This document shows positions 1 through 12,185 of a stretch of 64,000 bases of DNA, piece by piece (the stretch's first letter is position 1; each line of letters begins with the position of its first letter). The DNA is taken from NCBI RefSeq assembly GCF_006345805.1, contig NC_042998.1:55924001-55988000 (forward strand), written 5' to 3'. Both the position numbers and the translations under genes were made by a program. Source of the DNA: Octopus sinensis (taxonomy: Eukaryota). The notes below the pieces were generated by a model. The model saw nothing but the letters and a program-made list of their open reading frames with translations, had not been told where the DNA came from and did no database searches.

Positions 1-507
1 AGACTTAACAGGTGCCTATAGGCGGTAGTGCTGTCCTGGGTCAAAAGGGTGGATGCTGGAAGACCATATATCTGGCAACAGGACTTTGCACCATGCTACA
101 CAAGCAGGAGAACCCAGTCGTGGCTGTCAGACAATTTCTGCGACCACATCACCCGTAACATCTGGCCACCTCACTCCCCAGACTGCAACCCCCTTGATTA
201 TTATGTGTGGGATGCTGTTGAACAAGAGACCACCAAAACTCCTTGTAACGCCAAAGATGAACTGAAGGCAAGGATGATGGCAGGATTCACCAACTTGAAC
301 AAGGATACCGTCCAGAAGAGCTGCAAGAGATTACAAAGTCGTCTGGAGTCCGTGGTTGAAGCCAATGGAGATTTTATTGAATAAATTTACTCTTTGGTAG
401 TTCAAGATATTTTTATGCAATTTTGGTAAATATATCTGTTAAAATGAGATGTCAGGGTTATTTTCATTTTTGCGTAATTTAGACGACAGTTTATTCACCG
501 CACACTG
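1..507 (+). mobile_element. 3' part of a DD37D (maT/mori-type) Tc1/mariner element with right TIR
   Basis: ORF 28-384 has QQD-FAP...WPPHSPDCNPLD with 37 residues between the 2nd and 3rd catalytic D, and ends VEANGDFIE*. The element ends ...TTATTCACCGCACACTG followed by TA (508-509). Confidence 0.85.
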
Positions 508-548
508 TATGTATGTATGTATGTATGTATGTATGTATGTATGTATGT
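508..548. repeat. (TATG)n microsatellite
   Basis: Direct reading of the tandem TATG run. Confidence 0.95.
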
Positions 549-556
549 GCGTGTGT

Positions 557-962
557 TCTTTTTCTTTTACTTGTTTCAGTCATTTGACTCCGGCCATGCT
601 GGAGCACCGCCTTTTAGTCGAACAGATCGCCCCCAGAACTTATTCTTTGTAAGCAGGGTACTTATTCTAATAGTCTCCTTTGCCGAACCGCTAACTTATG
701 GGGACGTAAACATACCAACATCGGTCGTCAAGTGATGGTGGATGGCGACTAACACGAACACAAAAACACACACACATAAATATATATACATATATATATA
801 TATACGACAGGCTTCTTTCAGTGAACATCTACCAAATCCACTCACGAGGCTTTGGGCGACCCGAGACTATAGTAGAAAACACTTGCCCAAAGTGTCACGC
901 AGTGGGATTGAACCCAGAACCATGTGGTTGGGAAGCAAGCTTCTTACCAAACAGCCACGCCT
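557..962 (-). mobile_element. tRNA-derived SINE, family A (head + microsatellite spacer + tail), near full length
   Basis: Reverse complement of the copy at 2300-2966: head GGCTGTTTGGTAAGAAGCTTGCTTCCCAACCACATGGTTC, tail ending GACTGAAACAAGTAAAAGA. Confidence 0.85.
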
Positions 963-1096
963 AAGCCTAGTATTTTTCTATCGATTTGTTTTGCCGAAAC
1001 AAACACAGACATGCACACACACACACACACACACACACACCACACACACACACATACATATATGTATACACATTTTTTCTTTTACATACATATGTA

Positions 1097-1478
1097 TAAT
1101 AGGTTGTCAAGAAAGTTCTTGCGGTTTTTAATCTTTGAATTCAGATAGATGCACATATCTCAGCTTAAACAAAACTTTATTAATCGAAATAAACACCATC
1201 AGAATCAACATACTTTTGCCAATGCGAAACAAGTTTATTTATGCAAGTAGCGTGAAAATCCTGCGTCCTGGTGGCGATGAAGTCGTTGAAGGCGTGTTCG
1301 GCATTGTCTTGATTTTTGAAGCATTTCTCACGCAGGAAGTTGTCGAGATGCTTGAAAAAGTGGTAGTCGATAGATAAGAGGTCTGGTGAGTATGGCGGAT
1401 GAGGCAGAGTTTCGTGACGAGAGTATTGAAGATGATAAGCGTAGTGGTCGGCCATCAGATGTTGTCAACGATCAGCTA
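1097..1478 (-). mobile_element. mariner (DD34D-type) 3' fragment with right TIR, plus a short inverted N-terminal piece
   Basis: ORF 1180-1455(-) has HPPYSPDLLSIDYHFF...WQKYVDSDGVYFD. TIR-like TA-ATAGGTTGTCAAGAAAGTTCTTGCGGTTTT starts at 1097. On +, 1426-1478 reads EDDKRSGRPSDVVNDQLR. Confidence 0.8.
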
Positions 1479-2299
1479 AGAGCCACGCAGTTTGACTGAA
1501 CCCGGGTCCATGTGGTTAGAAAGCGAATTTCTTACCACACAAACACGTTCGCATCTACATACACATATATAGGAGTGGAGCAGAACTGGAAACTGGAACA
1601 AAATGAGTAATTTCAGAGCTCTCGTTATTTTCTCCCTATCTATTTGAAACCGTGACATTGCAAATATTGCATCAACGTCTTGTATAGGTACATCATCCTT
1701 AGAAGTAACAGTTATTAAGCATAATTGCTGTTATTGAGGTTGAGAGAGTTTGGATCATAATCAGGTGACAAGTACTTTTTTTTTCAAGAAAGTTGTCCTT
1801 AAATTTGACCCGATTGTAATTGAGGTTGCTAATTAAAAATATCTGGATAATTTTTGGTGTTTAACAACGAATTATATTCTTTTCTCTGGTGAATTCCAAG
1901 ACAATTTTTTTTTCCGATGCTAATGTTTAATTTCATAATTTTCAAGTTTCAAAGAATGATGTCTAAACTGGGGCAAAATGAGTAATGACTAATTTCAATA
2001 ATCTATTCTCTTTAACTACATGGTTAAATATATCATAAAGAGAGCCAGATCGTGAATAAGCTATATTTTATGTTGAATTTTAAAATTTAGTCGAGTTTGG
2101 TTAATTTCATATGTGCCACTTTCCATGAACCTTCCTTCAATTTGACCTAGATGCTTTCTGATATCTAAGAATGGATATTGATGTGTATGGGAGTCTCGTA
2201 ATTCCGAAAAAATAAAGAGGTAGACGGAAACTGTCTTATTCATTTTGCCCCAATTAAATTTGTCTTCTATATGCTCAAAGAGAATAGAGGTGATTTTCT

Positions 2300-2966
2300 G
2301 AGAGTGGCTTTGTGGTAAATAGCTTGCTTACCAACCACATGGTTCCGGGTTCAGTCCCACTGCATGGAACCTAGGGCAAGTGACTTCTACTATAGCCTCT
2401 GGCCGACCAAAGCCTTGTGAGTGGATTTGGTAGACGGAAACTGAAAGAAGCCCGTCGTATATATGTATATATATCTATATATATATGTACGAGCATAACG
2501 CCCCCCCCCCGTCCAATGGACGGTGCTGATGTACTTGTGCGTACAAATGCACGTTTCCACGGCTTTATCGATCGTATTCTCACCTGGAATCGATTTTTGT
2601 TATTTTTTCAAGACTTATTACCCGCCCTGATACCGTCGGTATCTACATATCAAATTTGAGTGCAATCGGATGGAGGATGCCCGACATCCTAGAAGACACA
2701 CACACAGACAGACAGAAAGGTTTTATATAAGAGATGTGTTTGTGCATATGTTTCTATATCTGTGTTTGTTCCCCCAACATCGCTTGACAACTGATGCTGG
2801 TGTGTTTGCGTCCCCGTAACTTAGCGGTTCGGTATAAGAAACCGATAGAATAAGTACTAGGCATACAAAAAATAAGTCCTGAGGTCGATTTGCTCGACTA
2901 AAGGCGGTGCTCCAGCATGACCACAGTCAAATGACTGAAACAAGTAAAAGACTAAAAGAGTAAAAG
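2300..2966 (+). mobile_element. SINE family A, interrupted in its microsatellite spacer
   Basis: Head GAGTGGCTTTGTGGTAAATAGCTTGCTTACC...GGTTCAGTCCCACTGC; tail CATCGCTTGACAACTGATGCTGG...GACTGAAACAAGTAAAAG. Confidence 0.85.
2489..2735 (+). mobile_element. DINE-1/Helentron-like non-autonomous insert nested in the SINE spacer
   Basis: Ends ...AAATTTGAGTGCAATCGG...ACACACACAGACAGACAGAAAGGTTTTATATAAGAGAT, resembling DINE-1/Lep1-type ends. Absent from other family A copies in the window. Confidence 0.4.
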
Positions 2967-3289
2967 GGTGCTTTGTTTTAGTATTCTTAGTGATTTAGTA
3001 TTCTTAATGCTTTTACAGAAGGTCATTTCATTTACTTAACAGATATACTTTTTGTAAAAAAAAAATTTTTCTCAAAGTCAAAAATGCCCTAAATATTACT
3101 CATTGTTCCCCCACCCCGCCCATATATGTTGTATCTATTCTTGTACTCTTAAATAAGTTGCATTATTTTCCATAGGACAAAAAAAAATTGGTGTGCAACT
3201 GATACATGGACGAACCTAAAACTAAGAAGGGGCACAACCTGTACCAAGATTTAACACTAATTGTGGGGTATATATGTATATATACTTTT

Positions 3290-3945
<656 letters not shown>

Positions 3946-3972
3946 ACGCCTGTGCCCTTCCCCCCACAAGCG

Positions 3973-4007
<35 letters not shown>

Positions 4008-4053
4008 CAGATGTATTTTTATTTGCGTATAAGTCTTGTGTTATACTTAACTA

Positions 4054-4450
4054 AGGCGGCAAGCTGGCAGAATCGTTAGCACGCTGGGCGAAATGCTAAG
4101 CAGTATTTCGTCTGCATTACGTTCTGAGTTCAAATTCCACCGAGGTCGACTTTGCCTTTCATCCTTTCGGGGTCGATAAATTAAGTACCAGTTACGCACT
4201 GGGGTCGATGTAATCGACTTAACCCGTTTGGCTGCCCTTGTTTGTCCCCTATGTGTTTAGCCCCTTGCGGGTAGTAAAGAAATAGGTATTTTGTCTGCCG
4301 ATACGTTCTGAGTTCAAATTCCGCCGAGGTTGACTTTGCCTTTCATCCTTCCAGAATCAATAAAATGAATACTAGTCAAGCACTGGAGACGATAACATCG
4401 ACTAGTACCCTCCCGCAAAATTTCAGGTTTTGTGCCTATAGTCGAAATAA
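4054..4450 (+). mobile_element. tRNA-derived SINE, family B (GGCGGCGAGCTGGCAGAA head, duplicated core)
   Basis: GGCGGCAAGCTGGCAGAATCGTTAGC...GTTCTGAGTTCAAATTCC (box B-like) occurs twice; homologous to 14005-14580, 28092-28490 and 33660-33860. Confidence 0.85.
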
Positions 4451-4456
4451 TTATTT

Positions 4457-5606
4457 TATCAGGCTGAGTATAAAGTAAGCAACGTTTTGAAACATGAAAT
4501 TCATCCCAATATATTTCAAAAATGCGGAAATTTTATTCATCAAACTAAGTACCATTACAATCAACACATTTTTGCCAACGAGTTACAAGTTTGTTTATGC
4601 AGGAGTTCTGGAGCTGATGAACTCCTAGAACGCACTTTTAGCCCTTTGATTTTTGGATTCCTTCCCTCGCAGGAAACCATCAAGGTGGTTGAAAAAGTGG
4701 TGGTAATTAGGAGAAAGGTCTTAAATATAGAACTGAATTTCATGGCAATATGTTTCTGCAGTAGTGTTTTTTCCGGGTTTTAAGAAGTTGTAGTGGATGA
4801 GTCCAGCAGTATACCACCAAACAGTCACCGTAAACTTCTTTTTGAAGAGCTCGGGTTTAGGGAAGGTTTTCGGTGTTTCATTTTGGTCCAAGCACTGCGG
4901 AGAGCTTTTTTTTTTCCTTTTTTTTTTTTTTTGTACAGAATTCACTTTGCATCACAAGTTACAATACAGTCGAGAAATGGATCGGTCTGGTTACGGAGAA
5001 GCGACGAACAAATTTCGTATCTGCGCATCTTCTGATTTTCATTCAAATCGTGTGCTTACCCATTGGTCGAGTTTTTTTTTTTTTTGGGGGGGATTTTCCG
5101 ATTGCATGCAAATGGTTGCAGCCAGTTTTCTGGCTATCATGAAGTTCTTTTGCCAGTTCTCGAGTGGTTTTACGTGGATCTTAATCAATGGCGGTCTTTA
5201 ATTGACCGTCTTCGATGACAGATGGGCGTCAACCACGCTCACAGTCTGCAAGGCTCAGGTCTCCACTGCGAAATCGCTTAAATTATTTTCGTGCTGACCA
5301 CTCACTGGTCATTTCCTCACCCAACGTTTCGTTGATATCGCGAGCAGTTTCAGCTGCTTTATGTCCTTTTTTGAAGTTCAATAGCAAAATTGCTCTAATA
5401 TCGTTCATTGACAGTTCCATTTCAGATGATTCTAACAACGGCGAACAAATAACAATGTTAATTTATTGATGCATTTGGGAAAGTCTATGTCTGTATTATC
5501 AGACAACCGCAAAAAAAAGATGTTTAAAAAATATTAAAGACTGCAAAAAGTCCGATACAAATTCTTCATGGTTAAAAACGTTGTTTACTTTTTACTCAAC
5601 CTGATA
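4457..5606 (-). mobile_element. Decayed mariner element with both TIRs and an internal deletion
   Basis: TIRs TATCAGGCTGAGTATAAAGTAAGCAACGTTTT (4457) and its reverse complement ending at 5606. Minus-strand pieces include KGHKAAETARDINE, FRSGDLSL and PKPELFKKKFTVTVWW; stops and frameshifts are present. Confidence 0.88.
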
Positions 5607-6399
5607 CTTAACTTCAACTGAAAAAAACTAGGGTGCGACTTATTCACGGTGCAAAGCTGAAACTAAGAAAGGAAACAATTTTGTATCAAGATTAAACACT
5701 AAATTAAGGGTTCGCTTAATACAAAAAAAAAAAGGTGCATGTGTGTTTGATAAAATTGCAAGCGTAAACGAACTTGTCACCCAAAAACCCGTATATATAC
5801 ATAATATAAACAGCGTCCGTGCGGTGTCTGTGCGCGTGCGAGTAACACACATACGTGTGTATGTGTGTGTGCAAAAGTATGTTATTATAAATATTTGCTT
5901 TGGTAAAAGGAGCTGCTTTGAAATATCGGGAGTGCTTTCTCTTCGTAGTAAATTAAGCGGATCTTTTCTGTAGCTGTCACAGTTTTTAAAGTTAAATTAA
6001 ATGAAAATTTTTCAAATTTGGTACATAGATGTAATTTTTAACGGTGCTTCTGATTGTTTCATTCACTTAATCTAGAAAGAAAATTCAGAAAAATGTTACA
6101 AAGTTTTCAAGTTGGATCATTTTTACTTCTCCAATCAGAAAACAGGATTTGGAAGCTGGCATTTTGTGCGTGATAGCCAATCTAAGGCAACATTACGACG
6201 ATAAGCTTATAACAAGTTTTGAAGATTTAATAAGTTTTAATGAATGGAGCTATGTGAAATGTTGGGACATGCATGTAAATAATATAAAAACGAAAAATCC
6301 TCATGATTTTTTTTCCCCGAAAAATTACAAAAATGAAAACTATATGTTAATTACGAAAAAAAAAAACTGTAGTTCAGTTCCACAATTAATACATTTTCG

Positions 6400-6868
6400 T
6401 GGTGAAAATTCAAAGACAAAAGAGCAAGTCTGGTCTCACAACACTCCTCCGAAAGCCCACTGCTTAAGTAGCAAGTACCCTTGCTCGGTTGTATTTACGT
6501 CTTGACAACACTTTTGTCCACCTCAACAATCTCCTCGATATCGCGTATACGAACTGGGTTGTGAAGTACGTTCTCTGCTCATATTTATTTCACAAATATA
6601 GTTGTTGTAATCAATAGCTGTAAGGTGGTTCATCCCCTCAAAACCGAACTGAAGTTAATTCCTTAACCTGCGAGAAAAAAAAAAAAAAGCATTACAGTCC
6701 TAATAGGAAGGGTGCTACTTTCCAACCATATATTTTACCTAACAGACACACACTTGTTGCATCCTTTTCGAGAGCACCTTCAGTAAATTTTCCTGCAAAA
6801 GCATCTTTTTGTTCATGTAGTATCTTTTAGTACATAATTTTCTTTTAAGAATAACACCCTTTTCTTGC
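6400..6868 (-). pseudogene. Merlin (IS1016/ISXO2-like) transposase fossil
   Basis: Minus-strand frames stitched by eye: QEKGVILKRKLC...RCSRKGCNKCVSVR*NIWLESSTLPIRTVMLFF...ELTSVRF...MNHLTAIDYNNYICEI...EIVEVDKS..SRRKYNRARV..QWAFGGV. This matches the Merlin layout (zinc finger, IVEIDES, RKYNRGR, WVFGG). Confidence 0.72.
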
Positions 6869-6869
6869 G

Positions 6870-7740
6870 AGTAAGGAGCCACATCCTCTTCGGTTTTCAA
6901 TTTCACCAGCACAGGCGAGGTCAGTTTTGGCATGGTTTTTACAGCTGGATGCCCTTCCAAATGCCAACCACTTTACAGTGTGGACTGGGTGCTTTTTATG
7001 TGCCAACAGCACAGGCAGAGTCACTAAGTAGCTTCCAAGACAACGATCCTTTGAGAGGGTAGGCGGCTTTGTAGGAGGTGATTTTGTGTCAGGTGATTAA
7101 AAGTTATAGTGTGACAAGAGACAAAAACAGGTGTCTTGCTGTAGAGGAGATACATGGTTACCTGGTCAGAGAGAGAGAGAGAGTGATAAAAAATGAGAAC
7201 AAAACCAGGTGTTATGTTGTAGAGGAGATGCATAGTTACCCAGTCAGACTGAGAGAGAAAGAGAAAAAGAGAGAGTGGAAGAGAACGAGAGTGCAAGGGA
7301 GAGTAGGAGAGAGATGGTGATGAAGTGCCAGGGCATACCCTCGAGGTATAGGGGTGGGTTTAGAACATAAATGGTAGGACCATGAGTAAGGAGTAGAGAC
7401 TCCACATGAATGCAAAGAGTGTAAGGGTGGGGAATGCAGTGACTGGTGAAACCTGGGTATATAGAGAAGGTGGGGGACAACAGAATGGTAATTATATAGT
7501 GAGCAGGGCAGAGAGGATAGGATAGGGGAGTGAAAGAAGCAGAAGCATAGTGCATGAAAAAGGAGAAAAAGTAAGGAAGAGAAAAGATGTAATTTGGTGT
7601 GTTGGGGTAGGGTGTGTGAAAAGTTTCCTTGTTGTGGGTGGAACACACTGTACTTCTAGAACTCAGTTTCACTGAAGTGGGTGGGTCTTCACAAGAAGTT
7701 CATATTGCCAGACATCTTGGTCCATTGCCATCTCCTCTAT
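6870..7740 (-). mobile_element. RTE-type LINE 3' end / RTE-tail repeat
   Basis: Minus-strand [22 protein letters not shown] resembles an RTE ORF2 C-terminus; a low-complexity UTR and the GTTGGCATTTGGAAGGGCATCCAGCTGTAAAA tail shared with family C follow. Confidence 0.6.
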
Positions 7741-7746
7741 AATATG

Positions 7747-7780
<34 letters not shown>

Positions 7781-7804
7781 TGTATGTATGTATATATATG
7801 TATG

Positions 7805-7847
<43 letters not shown>

Positions 7848-7954
7848 GTATGTATGTATGTATATGTATGTATATATATATATATATTATATATATGTAT
7901 GTATTATATATGTATGTATATATATATGTATTTATATATGTATGTATATATATA

Positions 7955-7994
<40 letters not shown>

Positions 7995-8024
7995 ATATAT
8001 ATATATATATATAATATATATATA

Positions 8025-8113
<89 letters not shown>

Positions 8114-8165
8114 ATATATATATATAATATATATATAATAGTGTGTGTGTGTGTATGTATGTGTA
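7741..8165. repeat. Compound (TA)n/(TATG)n microsatellite
   Basis: Direct reading; source of the YI-repeat ORFs at 7669-8199. Confidence 0.95.
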
Positions 8166-8167
8166 TA

Positions 8168-8463
8168 TACTCTTTTAGTCTTTTACTTGTTTCAGTCATT
8201 TTGACTCGCGGCCTTTAGTCGATCAAATCGACCCCAGGACTTATTCTCTGTAAGCCTAGTACTTATTCTATTGGTCTCTTTTGCCAAACTGCTAAGTTAT
8301 GGGAATGTAAACACACCAGCATCGATTGTCAAGCAATGTTGGGGGTACACACACAAACAAACATATACACACACATGCATTTATATATATATATATTATA
8401 TATATATATATATATATACGATGGGCTTCTTTCAGTTTCCGTCTACCAAATCCACTCACAAGG
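8168..8463 (-). mobile_element. SINE family A, 5'-truncated
   Basis: Tail and partial head homologous to 557-962. Confidence 0.8.
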
Positions 8464-8924
8464 ATGATTCATAGTGGGACTATGAATGATCCCTTTTTCC
8501 ATGCTCTCAGAGACACATTTTGTAAAGCTGAAAGGCCTTTCTGTCGCCAACCCTCACCTATTTTCAAGAAATATTTCATCACACCCATAGATGTTTACAC
8601 AGCAGGCTGGAAAGGAAGAATACCTCTTGCATGACAGTTACACATTCTTACAACCATTACCTGATGTCAAAGCAAAGAAATAGTAAAACACTCCCTCTCT
8701 CTTTCTCTCTCTCTCACACACGCATACATGTGGTCTTCTTTCAGTTTCTGTCTACCAAATCTACTCAAGGATTTCCTCAAACCTACAATATAGCAGAAGA
8801 CTATATATATATATATACAGTACGTGTGTGTGTATACACTCATACACTATATATGTATATATACAGTGTGTGTGTGTGTATATACTCATACATCTGTATA
8901 TACACTCATGTGTGTATAGACAAC

Positions 8925-9335
8925 TTTTATGGCTGCCCCCTCGTTATCGAGTATGGCCATTGCACGAAGCTTATCTGTTACTGCTGCTGTGATTGAATGT
9001 GACTTTTTAGCCCAGCTAAAGATCTACAATGTCTTGTACAAAATTGGCAACTAAAACCTTTACTGGTAATAGCCGGCTGTAGTTGTAACTGGGCTATGTA
9101 CCTTTGCATGTCGTTTAAGTCCTCCTGCCGAATTACACTCTCTTCCACATGCACGACAGATACGATTAGTATGGTGTGTTACACTGCCACCAGTGGCCAG
9201 GTTGTCACTCATCTGTCTCGTTTTATGACTACGAAGATGACTCATGAGTCCAGCTTTACTGTTTACATTTCTTAGATCAATAAAGTCTGTAAAATATGAT
9301 AATCTTTTATTGGAGAAGGAAACATTTTGAAAACA
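8925..9335 (-). mobile_element. RTE LINE extreme 3' fragment encoding C2H2-like fingers
   Basis: NSKAGLMSHLRSHK; CRACGRECNSAGGLKRHAKVH; in another frame CQFCTRHCRSLAGLKSHIQS*. The end (ATGGCCATACTCGATAACGAGGGGCAGCCATA) resembles the end of the RTE at ~60380-60415. Confidence 0.65.
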
Positions 9336-10235
9336 AAGTAGTTTAATGCTTAATTTTGTGTGTGTGTGTGCATGCATGCATTCATACGGGCTCTGGCAAA
9401 GTATCTGTGGCTTTGCAAGAACTTTCATGCATACCTTTAAGAGTAATTAGAAAACCATCAGGGCACATTGCTGAATTCAAGTTCACCTCATCTATAGGTG
9501 ATGTTACATCCTCTTCATTTATACCAATATAATCAATGGCTGCCCTGTGTAGATCTGCAGTGTTGAAGATTTCTCCAGGCTCATTTATTTGAATATCACC
9601 CAGTGGAAAAGCAAAAATACAATGGAATTGTTTATTTAGCAATCCACTTATCCTTAGGAGTGTGTAGTTAGCAATTCACTTATCCTTAGGAGTGTGTAGT
9701 TAGCAAACTATTCTTTTCAAACAGTGGCCCTATCTCATTCTACACCAAGATAGATTGGGTTCTTTTTTTTGGCAAATTTGTAGATGGCTTTAAGATTTGA
9801 TTTTACCATTTTCATCTAATCTGGTTTCTCTTTCTTTTTCATGGGAGATTCTGAATTTAATTTTAATTTCTAAAACTGTCTCTTTTGAGATGAGACTTCT
9901 TGCTGTCATTACATAATTTATTTTCATGGTTTGAGATCATTTTCCTTCAGCTTATAAGCACTCTCTTGTCTTGAGGATTAATGTGTTTGTATGTATTAGC
10001 TCTTTGCTCTGGGACAAATATAATGTATATGGCTCACATTATTGACATAAATTCTTTGAGTTTCATGTCATTGACTTCTAGAGAGAAACTTTCTGGTCTA
10101 ATTTTGTTTTAGAATTTCTTTTGAACTAATTTCCAGTCGATGGATAGGGTTTAAGTGCTTCCTATGTATTATACATTTTTGGTTAAGTTTGGATCGTACA
10201 TTGTTAATTCTATTGTGTTATGATTTGAGAAAATT

Positions 10236-10570
10236 AACCAGCGTCGCCTTACTGGCACATGAAAAACATTCAAGCAAGGTTGTTGCCAGTGTCGCTGGAC
10301 TGGCCCCTGTGCAAGTGGCACATAAGAAACACCATTCGAGCATGACCATTGCCAGTACCACCTGACTGGCCCTCATGCCTGTAGCATGTAAAAGTATCTA
10401 CTACACTCTCAGAATGGTTGGCGTTAGGAAGGGCATCCAGCTGTAGAAACTCTGCCAGGTCACATTAGAGCCTGGTGCAGCCATCTGGCTCGCCAGTCCT
10501 CAGTCAAACCATCCAACCCATGCCAGCATGAAAAGCGGATGTTAAATGATGATGATCATCATCATCATAA
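10236..10570 (+). mobile_element. SINE family C (RTE-like tail ending in (GAT)n)
   Basis: GGTTGGCGTTAGGAAGGGCATCCAGCTGTAGAAAC...GCGGATGTTAAATGATGATGAT. Confidence 0.8.
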
Positions 10571-10920
10571 TGATAAATGGCAACACCTTCACATTGTGAA
10601 TTGGTAAAGCATATGTCTAAAATGTTGTTGCTTAATCAGGGACAGAATTATATGTTACATGAACATCATTTTAATGAGATCATGCAGAGATTCTGCTTGC
10701 TTGACATTCCTGAGATAATGTCGTCTTTGAATCATCAGATGTTGGGGAAGTTGAAGTCACCCATCAGAAGTACATTAACATGTTGATCTAATTTCAGTAG
10801 TAATTCTTTTATCATGCCAGGGCTGTCTTCAGATTTACCATCATGATATGAAGTGTCAGGTGAATGATATATATATTCTGTGAGTGTGTCACAAACCAAA
10901 GCTTCATGGATTCATGGATG

Positions 10921-12185
10921 TATCAGGTCATCCCATAAGTTCTGTCCGATTTTACCTTTTATAAAATTGAATGAAATTTAATAGTATTTTAGAATGTCTA
11001 ATGGAATTAAAAATTATTTTTATGCATTTGTGTACATTTAAACTAATTAAATATTATTTCACAGAATAATAGAATTAAAATTTCTTTGATTGAAACCCTT
11101 TCTAACATGGAAGTATCCAAAGAGCATTTAAGGCACATAAGGATTTATGAGTACAAAAAAAAAGGAAACGCTGCAGCGGAAGCAACTTGAAACACACTCA
11201 GTTTAAGGGAATGAATGCTTGAATGAAAGAACTTGCAGAAGATGGTTTGCAAAATTCAGAAGTGGAGATTTCAGCCTTGAAGATGAAGATCGAACAAGAC
11301 ATCCAGTTGAGTTTGATGATAAGCTCCTTGAGGCATTACTTGAAGAAAATCCAGCATTATTAGTTGAAGAATTGGCAATAAAGCTTAGTTCAAACCATAC
11401 AAATGTTCATTGTATTCTTCAACAACTTGGAAAGGTTCCTAAACTTGGAAAATGAATGCCTCGTGAATTGTCTGAAAGCATCTGCTCTTCTCTCCATTCT
11501 TGCGAACTTATTTCACCCTTTTTGGATTGACTTGTGACTAGTGACGAAAAATGGATCTGCTATTGAAATGTTAAATGTCGTAAACAGTGGCTTGGTAAAA
11601 GGGAAAAAACTCAACCACAACTGAGAAGATGAAAAAATAGGTTCTTGTCTCTATCTGGTGGGTTTGCAAAAGAGTAATTCACTTTGAATTGTTACCACCT
11701 AATGCAACAATCAATGCTCAAGTCAACTGTCAGCAATTAGAGTGTTTGAACCAAGCTTTGAAGAAAAAAAGACCCGCTTTAGTGAATCAAAAAGGAGTGA
11801 TGTTTCATCAGGACAATGCACGACCCTGCACTGCAAAGATCACATCACAGAAGATCGAAGAGCTTGGTTGGAAAAAATTCTTCAACCTCCTTATTCTCCT
11901 GACCTTGGTCCTTCAGACTACCATTTGTTTCATAGTTTACAGAATCATTTGGGGGACATAACTTTTGCAAGCCAGGAGGAGGTCAAAACTGAAATCTTCA
12001 GAGTTCTTCGCTTTGAAACCAAAAGAGTTTTACATTGATGGGATTAAAAAGCATGTAAATAGAGGGAAATAAATCATAGATAATCGGGGAAAGTACATTG
12101 AGGATTAAATTGCAATTAAATATAACATTTGATCACTTGTTTCCTTTATTCAAAATTCGGACAGAACTTATGGGATGACCTGATA
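10921..12185 (+). mobile_element. Full-length but pseudogenised mariner (~1.27 kb) with TIRs and TA TSD
   Basis: TIR TA-TCAGGTCATCCCATAAGTTCTGTCCGATTTT and inverse AAAATTCGGACAGAACTTATGGGATGACCTGA-TA. Peptide pieces WFAKFRSGDFSLEDEDR, VTSDEKW, FHQDNARP and PPYSPDLGPSDYHLF; several stops and frameshifts. Confidence 0.93.

Noticed and set aside
6668-6797. Apparent minus-strand host exons with a 71-nt GT-AG intron (GKFTEGALEKDATSVCLLG*)
   Set aside because: The supposed intron reads as Merlin transposase coding sequence (NIWLESSTLPIRTVMLFF), so the splice signals are coincidental.
7669-8199. Long YI/IY/HT-repeat ORFs (also 52439-52838 and 56989-57531)
   Set aside because: They are translations of (TA)n, (CA)n and (TATG)n microsatellites, which lack stops in some frames.
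9060-9250. Host C2H2 zinc-finger gene
   Set aside because: No TGEKP linkers, a frameshift, and an RTE-type 3' end immediately after; better explained as a LINE tail.
9382-9642. Protein-like ORF with a good donor and a possible non-canonical TG acceptor
   Set aside because: The peptide matches the CR1 pre-RT region (EEDV..I...NSA.GPDG); it is LINE remnant, not a host exon.
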